A stretch of DNA of 20,000 bases from Neovahlkampfia damariscottae. Lineage: Eukaryota. The position numbers and the translations under genes were made by a program. The stretch lies in NCBI GenBank assembly GCA_016618085.1, contig JABLTG010000109.1, positions 47,575-67,574 on the forward strand, written 5' to 3'. Position 1 is the first letter of the stretch. Each line of letters begins with the position of its first letter. Positions 10,599 to 19,855 of the stretch are shown here, in pieces. Under the pieces are notes generated by a model. That model did not search any database and was not told the DNA's origin. It worked only from the letters and a program-made list of their open reading frames with translations.

Positions 10599-11807
10599 AT
10601 GAAAATAACTTCTTTCGTTGTTTGTTTGTTAATATTCTCCTTAATTTGTTGGAGTTCAGTTAATGCTAGCACAGAAGGAGATGCGCCACTTAAACTTGAT
10701 GAACTTGGAAAAAAAACTGCTAACGGTAGTCCTGTAACACCATCAAATCCAAATAAAAAACAACCTGAACCAGTTGATAAAAATCCAGTTTCAGAACCAA
10801 AACCAAAACCAACAAATCCAAAGACAAATACAACTGACCCAAATCCAAAACCAAATCCAGTTTCTTGTCCAAAAAATGAAACTGTTTATATTGACGTTTA
10901 TAAAAAAGTATATAAAAAAGTGTATACACCTCATTTAGTTCATTATTCACCACATCAATATGTTACCTCAAATGCTGCTGTTTACTTGACAAAGTTGATT
11001 AAAGGAATTAAACAATTAAATTTTAACTTAGCTCGTTATAAAAGAATCACTGAACATTTAAATAAAAAGAAATTAATTGTTGAAACCTTATACAAGAAAC
11101 ATACAGAATTTCAAGAAAAAATGATTTTAAAAATAGAAAACGCACTTTCAACAAACAAAGGTTCAATTAAATTTGCAAAAAAACATCTTAGCATTTTAAA
11201 AGATGCATTAGAGAAACTTCATTATGATTCAAATTTACCTGAAAATTGTCATGATATTAAAAATGATAAATGTTCAACAAAACCAAAAAATGTAGGAAAT
11301 GGTGTTAAAGTTTTCACTCAAAAAAATTTATTTTCTTTCATTAAATTTACAAAATTTCCAGCTAAAATTGAAAATTTACAAATTCATGAAAATATTGCAA
11401 ATTATGTAAAACATGGTTCTGAATGGTTTAAAAAAGTTGTTAAAGTAAATTCAAAATTAGTTAGACTTATAAAACATCAAACGATTGAAAAACTTATGGA
11501 AAATGATGAAATTAAAAAACAAGTTGAAAAATATATGAGTGTGTTAAAATTTAAAAATTCAAATGAAGAATTTAAAACAAAATTGTCTTTCATTAAAAAA
11601 TCATATTCAACAAAATATGAAAATGAAGTTAAATCAATTTTATCTAAAAAATATGTTAAAAAACTTAAATCTGAAAAATATCCAAATAAAGTTATTGAAA
11701 CAAAAGGAAAAGGTAGATTAACAAAAGAAATGATCTCTCTTCCAGAAATTATGTTAAAAAAGAAAAATTTAAAAAAACTTTTATTAACAAGATTTGATAT
11801 TGAATAA
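10599..11807 (+). CDS. Secreted hypothetical protein with Pro/Asn/Lys-rich N-terminal region
   Basis: Intronless 402-aa ORF with a signal peptide (MKITSFVVCLLIFSLICWSSVNA) and a PNPKP-type low-complexity segment. No family recognised. Confidence 0.75.
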   Translation: MKITSFVVCLLIFSLICWSSVNASTEGDAPLKLDELGKKTANGSPVTPSNPNKKQPEPVDKNPVSEPKPKPTNPKTNTTDPNPKPNPVSCPKNETVYIDVYKKVYKKVYTPHLVHYSPHQYVTSNAAVYLTKLIKGIKQLNFNLARYKRITEHLNKKKLIVETLYKKHTEFQEKMILKIENALSTNKGSIKFAKKHLSILKDALEKLHYDSNLPENCHDIKNDKCSTKPKNVGNGVKVFTQKNLFSFIKFTKFPAKIENLQIHENIANYVKHGSEWFKKVVKVNSKLVRLIKHQTIEKLMENDEIKKQVEKYMSVLKFKNSNEEFKTKLSFIKKSYSTKYENEVKSILSKKYVKKLKSEKYPNKVIETKGKGRLTKEMISLPEIMLKKKNLKKLLLTRFDIE

Positions 11808-11883
11808 ATGTTTTATTAAGACTCTTGGGTTTGTACAAGGTATTATTAATCGTCATTAAAAAAATTTATTCCTATCTCTCCTT

Positions 11884-13066
11884 TTATTCTTTCCAATCAT
11901 CTTTAATCAAATCAGCTGCTTTTTCTCCAATCATCACAACAGGAGCGTGTGTATGACCGGGAGGAACCTTTGGGAAAATTGATGCATCTGCAACTCTAAT
12001 TCCTTCTAGTCCATGAATTTTTAATTTTTCATCAACAACAGCTCTTTCATCTGATGATGGTCCCATTTTACTAGTTGAAGTTGGGTGATAAATAGTCATC
12101 AAAGCATTTTTAATAAATTCAAGAATTTGAACTTTTGATTGAACATGTTTTCCTGGATGTAGTTCTGTGTCAATATAATCAGCGATTGGTTTTGTACAAT
12201 AATATTTTCTTGTTTTATAAAATCCTTCAACTAAAATATCTAAATCATCTGGATGTGATAAATAGTTTGGTTGAATGACAGGTTTATCAAATGGATTTAT
12301 TGAATTTAATGTAATTTCACCTGTACTCTTTGGTCTCAATAAAATAGGACCAATTGTTGTGCCATCACCTGAATGAATAACCTTCCCATGATCAATAAAA
12401 TCCCTTGGTCCCATTTTGTATTCAATATCTGGATAATCATCTTTTTTGAATTTCGAAGATCTTTGAAAAGAAACCCCTTCACCCAAATTTGATGTTAAAG
12501 GTCCTTTTCCCTCATTGGCCCATTGAAAAACAGTTGCAGGACTTTCTTCTGAACAGAAGGTAATGTTGTATTAAAAGCTACAGTATAAAAAATATGGTCT
12601 TGTAAATTCTTTCCGACACCTTTTGAATCATGAACAACTTTGATTTTTAATTTTTCAAGTTCTTCTTTTGGACCAACACCAGAAAGTAATAGAATTTGAG
12701 GTGTATTTATTGAACCAGCAGACCATTTTTTTGATGAACTTGAACTGATGAAACTCCTTCTTGTACTTCACCGTTGATATTTATAAAAAAAAAGTATTGT
12801 TTTACTTTCGAATGTGCTGCAGGAACTTTTGTTTCGAAGATATTATCGGTTGTGCCAGCTTCGATTAACAATACTCTATGATTTGGATTTTCACTCAAAC
12901 AAGATGCAACAGCAGCCCCAGCTGAACCTGAACCTACAATCACAAAATCGAAACTTTGTTTATTTTTGACATCACTATTTTGAAATCTACTGGATAAATA
13001 AGTTTGGTACAGTCCAAAACCAACAACTATAGCTATAATAATGAATTATGTGATCACTTTGCACAT
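11884..13066 (-). pseudogene. GMC (glucose-methanol-choline) oxidoreductase pseudogene
   Basis: Recognisable GMC blocks: FDFVIVGSGSAG...[72 protein letters not shown]. Lesions: in-frame TAA at codon 7 (13046-13048), two large missing segments, and frame changes near 12722 and 12565. Confidence 0.85.
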
Positions 13067-13319
13067 TTTGAAATGCTAAAAATCTAAAACTTAGATTTTT
13101 TGTGGTTGGCCAATGAAATTACAATCCACAAAACTCTTTTCTGTTTGCTGGACTCAACAACTCATTTTGAAGGAATCTTTTTGAGTTTAATTGAAACTCT
13201 AAAACCTAAAATTTTTGATCACCACAAAAACCCAAAAACCGAAAAATTGAATAATTGAGGGTCAAATTACATCAAAAATTTTCCTGTTGTTTAAAAAAGA
13301 CAAAGTGAATAATAATTTA

Positions 13320-14496
13320 TTAAACGGATATTAATTTTTCCAATGAACCTCCATTTTCTTTGAAAACTTTTAATACTTCTTCATCTTTTCTTAATTCTTC
13401 AGAAATGAATTTAAAAGATTCTATATTTTGTTTTATTGCTTCTAAAACGATAGATTTATCATTTTTTATATAATGTGAAGCAAATTGAATTGTCAAACCA
13501 TTTTTTTTAATGCAAGGTAAAACTAAAGTTGGTTCATTTTTACCATATTCTGAAACAAATTCTAATGAAAATTCATTTTGATTTATAGCTGAAAATGCAA
13601 TTTCTTCATCATTCTTTAAATCTTCTGATGCAAATTCTAATGTCAAACCATCTTTTTTAACACAAAGTAAAAATATTTCTCTATCATTTTTTAATGCATC
13701 TGAAGCATCTTTTATTAATTTTGGTTCTTGTTTAATAGCTTCTAAAACAATTTCTTTATCATTTTTCAATTCTTCATCTAAATATTTGAAATTTATTTTT
13801 GCATCTTTTTTTATTGCTAAAAGTGCAATAGATTTATCACTTTTAACAGATTTCATTGCATCCCTAAATTGATGTGGATCATATTCAATTGCAACTTTTA
13901 CACAATCTTTATCAGCTCTTAATTTTTTTGATGAATGTTTTAATAAAGCTCCTTTTGTTAAACATTCTAATACAAATTCTTTATCCGCTCTTAATTCATT
14001 GGATGCGCATATTAAACTACGTGGATGTGCTTTAATACATGTTAACATAAATTCTTTATCTGAATGTAAACTCTCATCTGCATATATTAAACAACTTGGA
14101 TTTGCGTCAATTGCTTCTAAAATGAATTTTTTATCTTTTCTTTCTGTAGATTTTGCAAATTCAAGTGATTGTGGATATGTAATAATTGAAGTCAATAATA
14201 CTTCACGGTCTTGTAAAAAATCGTCTAAATGTTTCAAAGCTTCTCCATTTTGTTTTACTGCCATCATTACAAATGTTTTGTCTTTAGAAAATTTAGGATC
14301 AGCATATTTAATAGCTCTTCCATTAGATTGAATCGCTTTTTTTTTTTATTTTATTTTTTCTTTTACCTTTCGTTACGACATCAACGTCGGATTTATAAAT
14401 TTCTGAAGCAAATTCAAGAATTTCTCCATCTTGTTCTAAACCTCTTAAAAGTATTTCTCTGTCTTTAATTTCAGTGATAACCTCTTCTTCTGACAT
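13320..14496 (-). CDS. DUF4116 repeat protein
   Basis: ~25-aa repeats of type DKEIVLEAIKQ-x-L-x-ASEELKN. Intron 14336-14366 joins MSEEEVIT... in frame to the 315-aa ORF. Confidence 0.88.
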
Positions 14497-14553
14497 TCTC
14501 GTTACTATCAAGTTGGAGATTAATTGACCAATGATTTTGATTGACTCAAGTTG
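14497..14553. promoter_or_regulatory. Short bidirectional promoter region with a CCAAT box
   Basis: 57 bp lie between the divergent ATGs. They contain GACCAATGA, with CCAAT at 14528-14532. Confidence 0.55.
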
Positions 14554-15681
14554 ATGAAAGTTTTTGTTGAAGAAAAAAATTTAAAACTTAATACTCTATT
14601 CAATTCAAAAAAACATAATGGTGTTATTATTGGTTGTAAAAAGAATGATGATTATTTCATTTTAAAATTTATTCAAAATAAAAAAAAAATGCAAAATTTT
14701 ATTCAGTTCATTATGGAGAAATTGGTAGGAAAAATTAATTTTAATTTAAATAAAAGGTTGGAGGAATGTTTGTTTTAGGTGTTTATTCTACAGAAAATAT
14801 GTCAGATTCTCAAGTTTTAAATGAATTTTCAAAAATTTCGGAAATTTATGAAGAAAAATTTACCAAATTTTATATTCAAATTCATGAACCTAATGATTTG
14901 TAAATTATTTATTTTTATTCATTTTTTTTGAAAAGAAAAATTAAATTTTTAAATTCAAAAAAGAAACTTGAAGAAGTCAAAACAATATTGTTTGAAAACT
15001 GTTTTGAAAAATTGAATAAATTTGAATTAAATATACCTGTTGAAATTTATTTTGAAAAAAATTTAAAAGAAGAATTCAAAAAAAAAATGGAAAATATATT
15101 CAACCAATTAGTGGTGAATTTAAAAAACAATCAATTAGAAGTATATTTTAAATCAACAAATAAAAAAGAATTAAAAAATATTCAAGTTTTAAATGGAAAA
15201 TTTAAATTAATTTCTCAATCGGTTGAATACAATCTGGAGGTTGGAAATAATTATCTTTAAATAATTTGTAAAGGATTTAAAATTGGATTTGAAACAGAAC
15301 TTACAATTTAATTTAAAATATTGGTGTGATGGAATGAAAATACCTCCAAAGCGTCAGATTTATGAAATGGAAGGAATTTATTTTAGTGATTATAAAAATT
15401 TGAAAGAAACAAAATTAGATTTCAAAGAATACTTAGATTTGGAAATAAAAGAAGAGGATTCAAACTCAAAAATTGTTGATAAAATTCAACCAAATTCAAA
15501 ATCAAATCAAGATCCAAACTCAAACTCAAAAATGGTTGAACCAAAATCACAACCAAAAACTCAAAAACCAAACAAACAGGAGTATTCTCAAGACAAAACA
15601 TCCGGAAATAATTCATTATTAATATTTATTATTGCAATTCTCATTCTTTTCATTGCAATTTTAATAAAAATGAATATTTAA
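14554..15681 (+). CDS. Tail-anchored membrane protein, possibly ODR-4-like
   Basis: Introns 14725-14756, 14900-14935 and 15240-15273 give one frame with a single C-terminal TM helix. GVIIG and KLVGGMFVLGVY recall the ODR-4 N-terminal motifs. The gene model is firm; the family call is tentative. Confidence 0.5.
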
Positions 15682-15690
15682 TAAAAATGT

Positions 15691-16851
15691 TTATTCAGAG
15701 ATTGCATATTTTAGAATTCTATTTGAAACATTGATCCCAGTTGCCAATTCAAACCCTTCATAACCAGGTGATGAATTAATTTCACATATTTTATATCCAT
15801 TAGAATCAATCAACAAATCAACACCTGCCATTTTTAATCCAACAGATTTGCATGCTTTTAAAGCAATATTTTTCATTTCATCATCAATATCAATAAATTT
15901 AACACTTCCACCTTGATGGAAATTTGATTTAAATCCCTTATTTGAAACTCTCATCATTGCTCCTAAAATTTCGTCACCAACAACAATAACTCTAATATCT
16001 TTGCCTGATGAGTTTTTGATATATTCTTGAATAATCATTGGATGTGAATCTCCCAACATACCTTTTTAGATCAAATTTTTAACTAATAATTGACTTACTT
16101 GCTAAATCTTTTAAATTTTCTTCATCAAATGCTTTAATGACACCTGTTCCTTGTGATCCAGATGTTTGTTTTAAAATAACAGGAAATGACTTAAACTCTT
16201 CTTGAATAACTCTTGAATCAATTGGTGTATTAATTAACCTTTTTTTTAAAATAAAAATATTCAAACATTGATTTTGGAATAGATAATCCATGTTTAACAA
16301 AATTTTGAATGGACAATAATTTATCTCTTGAATTTTCTAAACTTTGAACATTGTTCACCATTTTTACACCAAGACTTTCAATTTCTTTTAAAATCATTAA
16401 GGTATTATAATTGACAGTTGCTCCAATTCTTGGTAAACAGGAATGTGGAAATTCAGATTTTTGAATTAATTTTCCATCATAGTATAATTTTCTCTCTCCT
16501 AAAGAATGATATAAATATTTGAAAAAGCAGTTTACCTTTTTCATTATAAATTAAATTAAATTTTGGAATAAGTAAATGTTCTAATTCAATGTCCATTTTA
16601 TAAGCTTCTTCAATTAATCTTCTAGTTACATAATTAAATTCTTCTGTCATTCTAATTAACCATACTTTTGAAATTGGGTTTTTTGGTTTTCTTTGATAAA
16701 ATTTTGTGTTTTTTGGATTCAAAAATAAAATTTTGTTTACACCACGATAGGATGGTTCTAATTCATACTTTAAATCTTCTTCTGAAAATTCTGTTTGAAT
16801 GGAAGTTTTTTCTCCGTCAGAGCATTTGTGTGGGACTGAAACTGTTTTCAT
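15691..16851 (-). CDS. RimK-family ATP-grasp ligase (alpha-L-glutamate ligase-like)
   Basis: LPRIGA, SRDKL, FPVILKQTSGSQGTGV, IIQEYI, DIRVIVVG, FKSNFHQGG, AGVDLL, ICEINSSPG. Introns 16499-16535, 16239-16266 and 16062-16098. Confidence 0.9.
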
Positions 16852-17006
16852 TTTTTTTTTCAATTGATTTGATTGGTATTTGAGTCTTATCTGTTGAAAA
16901 AAGTAATCTTTTTCAGTTGAGATATTAAATGATATTAAATTAACGTTAGAGTCATTCTCAGAGAATAGAAATTCCACCAATTATTTTGGTTTTTCTCATT
17001 TTAAAA

Positions 17007-17558
17007 ATGTTGACACAAACCATCAACGTCATATTCACCTTAGTTGCTTTATCTGGAGTTCTTTTGACGGTAAAGTTATTTCCTTTCCCTCAGAAATTCA
17101 CATGGGTACTATCATTTTTCATTTTCTTTGTTTATGGACTTTTACACTCACTTTACGAATTTGGTGGCAGGTTTATTGTTTTATTTCCAGCATTGTACAT
17201 AATCACTACAGTTGTTCAAACTACAGGAATATTAGCTCTTTGTATTTCAATTTATTCACATTTAAATGATAATAATATTTCTGCTCATTGGTATTCAATT
17301 CCAACAGGTGCTTCACCAATTTCAATGGCTTCTCAATATGTACCAGGACATTTAATTCAAGTTGCTATTGTTTCTATTGCTGTAACATTCTTTGGATTGA
17401 AACATTTTGAAAAAGGAAAATTCTTTATTGTTGGACTCATTCTTTTTGCAGTTTCTCATTTTGTTGGAACAAAATTAGACGGTTTTCAAAATATAATGAT
17501 GATTGCTGGAATGATGATCATTTTATTTCGTTTAAAAAAAAAATTAAAACTTTGGTGA
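17007..17558 (+). CDS. Small multi-pass membrane protein, unknown family
   Basis: First ATG at 17007. The 183-aa intronless ORF has about six hydrophobic segments. Confidence 0.7.
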   Translation: MLTQTINVIFTLVALSGVLLTVKLFPFPQKFTWVLSFFIFFVYGLLHSLYEFGGRFIVLFPALYIITTVVQTTGILALCISIYSHLNDNNISAHWYSIPTGASPISMASQYVPGHLIQVAIVSIAVTFFGLKHFEKGKFFIVGLILFAVSHFVGTKLDGFQNIMMIAGMMIILFRLKKKLKLW

Positions 17559-17577
17559 CCTTTTATTTTGAATTTTA

Positions 17578-18059
17578 TTAACAACCTCTTTTAGAACGTC
17601 TAATAACCCTTTGTCCAAAAAATGCAAGAATACCAGTTTTTGGTGCACAGTTTCTGCCCATTTTACATTTGAATCTTTTGGTACATTCATACAATTGTTT
17701 GTCACAATTTACAGCAAGAGAATTTCTTGGATAACCAGCTGCTCTTCTTGCATTTATACAACAACTATCATGTCTTTGACAACAAGAGTCCAAACCATCT
17801 CTTGGTCGAATATTTGTATTACAATTTGTTATAGGATCTCTTGGTTTTTTACAAGCTTCACCATAAAATTTTGAGCCACACCAACCAGGGCCTAAAAATT
17901 TGGTTCAGTGAATTCATACAACTAACCGCAATAATTTCCATAAATCTTTAAACACCGTACATTCCAATTTTTTTTCATTGTTTCTAAAGTTTCTTCTGAA
18001 AGGGCTAACGTTACCAAGAAGAAAAAGAAAACAACAGACAAAACACTAAACTTTGACAT
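17578..18059 (-). CDS. Secreted phospholipase A2
   Basis: Signal peptide MSKFSVLSVVFFFFLVTLALS. The YGNYCGPG Ca2+ loop is assembled across intron 17892-17926. LDSCCQRHDSC carries the His-Asp catalytic motif, followed by NCDKQLYEC. Confidence 0.9.
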
Positions 18060-18142
18060 GTGGATTTTTATTGGTCCATAAAGAATCACCAAGTTAAGTC
18101 AAAAAAATAACAGTAAAAATCAAAGAATTTTTTCAGCATTTA

Positions 18143-19489
18143 TTAAAGTACTTCTTCTTCCTTTTCTTCAATTTCTATTGAGTTGCTTCTAATTAATACA
18201 TTTTCATAACCTGAATTTGTGAAGATTCTAACTTCATATTTGCCACCTGCTTTTGGTATTTTGAAGGAAATTTCTTTAGTTCTATCAACAAGATATGTAT
18301 AATCAACATACAATTTTGAATTCACTTGTTCAACTTTGAATAAGCCAATCCATGATGATGATGTATAAGGATCAATTGTTACAATATCAGGTGAAGCAAT
18401 GATAAATTTTTCATCCTTTTTTAAAGATAATGAATCAATTCCAGTGACAGTAATATGAGCACTTCTTCCCATTTCATTGTAATTGCTTAACATTGAACTT
18501 GTAAATAATCTAACTTCATAATCTTTTGGTGTGATAGGTGTTTCAAAAATAAATTGATTTTCTTTGATTGTAGTCTTTTGATAAGCTATATATTTTGAAT
18601 TTGATTTTTCATTCACTTCATAAAGACCAACCCAAGCACTTTCAATTTTAGGTTCACCTGATGTTTGTGTCCAACCACCATGAATTTTTTTGTCTTTAAT
18701 TACTGATAAAATTTGGAATTGAGGACCAACAGAGATTTCAATTTTTGATGTGATTTCAGCTTTGTTGAATTTTCTGTTGAAATATTTGAATTCAATTTTA
18801 CAAGGGTAATTTGGAGCATTAAATGTTAATTTGGAGTCAATAGCTGAAGCCACCCATTGATAGGTAATATAATGACCATCTTTTTTTTCACCTACAACAT
18901 ACATACCAACCCATGCTTTTGTATTTTGTTTTACTTCTTTGTTTGTAAATTCAAGAGTAAATTGCTCTTGATATTTAAGATCATTTTGTGATGCTTTGAT
19001 ATCAATTTCTTTGAGATAAATACGTGTTGGTTTTACAGGTTCTACTTTTACTTCTGTTTCTTGATAAGTTTCTGTTTTTTCTTCTTCTGGTGCAGGCTCT
19101 TCTGGTTTTAATTCTTGTACTACAGGTTTAATTTCTTCTTCTTCTTCTTCTTCTTCATCATCAAGTACTATTTCTTCTTCTGTTGGAAGAAGTTTATTTT
19201 GTTCCTCTTCTTCTTCACGAAGGAGTTCGTCATTGACTACCAATAAATCAATGATTACTTTTTCAGCATTCCAATCATGTTGAATTAAAGAACATATAAT
19301 TATTTGTCCATCCAATTTTGGGTAAGTTTCTTGAACAAATTTGATAGCTTCATCTCTTTCTTTTTTTTGTTCTTCACGAAATTGGCTCAATGTTGATTCT
19401 GCTTTTGACTTATCTTTAAAAGCTCTATAAACATCTTCAATTGTACTTTGTGAAAGATCTATGTCTGGTAAGTTGAGGTTTGTTGACAT
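18143..19489 (-). CDS. CUE-like ubiquitin-binding domain, acidic linker and three tandem SKICH-like beta domains
   Basis: AIKFVQETYPKLDGQIIICSLIQHDWNAEKVIIDLL fits the CUE pattern. Three repeats: AWVGMY..YITYQW..EFKYF, AWVGLY..YIAYQ..YEVRLF, SWIGLF..YVDYTY..YEVRIF. Confidence 0.7.
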   Translation of the reverse strand: MSTNLNLPDIDLSQSTIEDVYRAFKDKSKAESTLSQFREEQKKERDEAIKFVQETYPKLDGQIIICSLIQHDWNAEKVIIDLLVVNDELLREEEEEQNKLLPTEEEIVLDDEEEEEEEEIKPVVQELKPEEPAPEEEKTETYQETEVKVEPVKPTRIYLKEIDIKASQNDLKYQEQFTLEFTNKEVKQNTKAWVGMYVVGEKKDGHYITYQWVASAIDSKLTFNAPNYPCKIEFKYFNRKFNKAEITSKIEISVGPQFQILSVIKDKKIHGGWTQTSGEPKIESAWVGLYEVNEKSNSKYIAYQKTTIKENQFIFETPITPKDYEVRLFTSSMLSNYNEMGRSAHITVTGIDSLSLKKDEKFIIASPDIVTIDPYTSSSWIGLFKVEQVNSKLYVDYTYLVDRTKEISFKIPKAGGKYEVRIFTNSGYENVLIRSNSIEIEEKEEEVL

Positions 19490-19855
19490 GTTTCTGGAGT
19501 TGAAGGTAAAACCCTTTGACCAATCATTACCATTTTAAAAATAGAATTGAATATCCAATCACAACCAAACACAAAAAAAAAGGTGAAGGTTCAACAATCA
19601 CAAAAATTAAACTCCATCATTGAACGTATTTCTAGTTCTTTGACACATATACTATTTATTCTTCATAGTTTTTTAATTCTAAAATTCTGTTCATGTAAAC
19701 TTGCTGAAAGTGTATTAGAAAACCTTTTAAAGTTGAACTATATTTAACATCTTATTAATCAGAAATTTCATGAATTGGATTTGGATCTCTCATCCATTTT
19801 CTATTTGTGTTGACATAATGAGAGTAGTTATGACCTTATGCTTTTTTCAAGAGTT

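Noticed and set aside
10741..10860. CCAAA-rich tandem-like sequence (also 15462-15570) resembling C-strand telomere repeats
   Set aside because: Explained by Pro/Asn/Lys/Ser codons in low-complexity coding regions.
13046..13048. In-frame TAA as a sign of stop-codon reassignment or a hidden intron
   Set aside because: TAA terminates most genes here. The nearby GT-AG pairs (25 and 31 nt) would shift the frame, and the gene has other lesions.
305..16883. Short antisense or alternate-frame ORFs (305, 1557, 5059, 6785, 8178, 9023, 9395, 9418, 10054, 10352, 10720, 13999, 14229, 15422, 16668, and 17611 just beyond)
   Set aside because: They are shadows of well-supported genes and have no recognisable motifs.
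16852..17006. Longer N-termini given by the ORF track for RimK (16980) and the membrane protein (16986)
   Set aside because: Both use non-ATG starts. The interval is better explained as a divergent promoter with two CCAAT boxes.
19547..19850. 66-aa ORF and possible minus-strand gene remnants next to the telomere
   Set aside because: The ORF starts at TTG and has no motifs. The minus-strand frames I translated have frequent stops and no recognisable homology.
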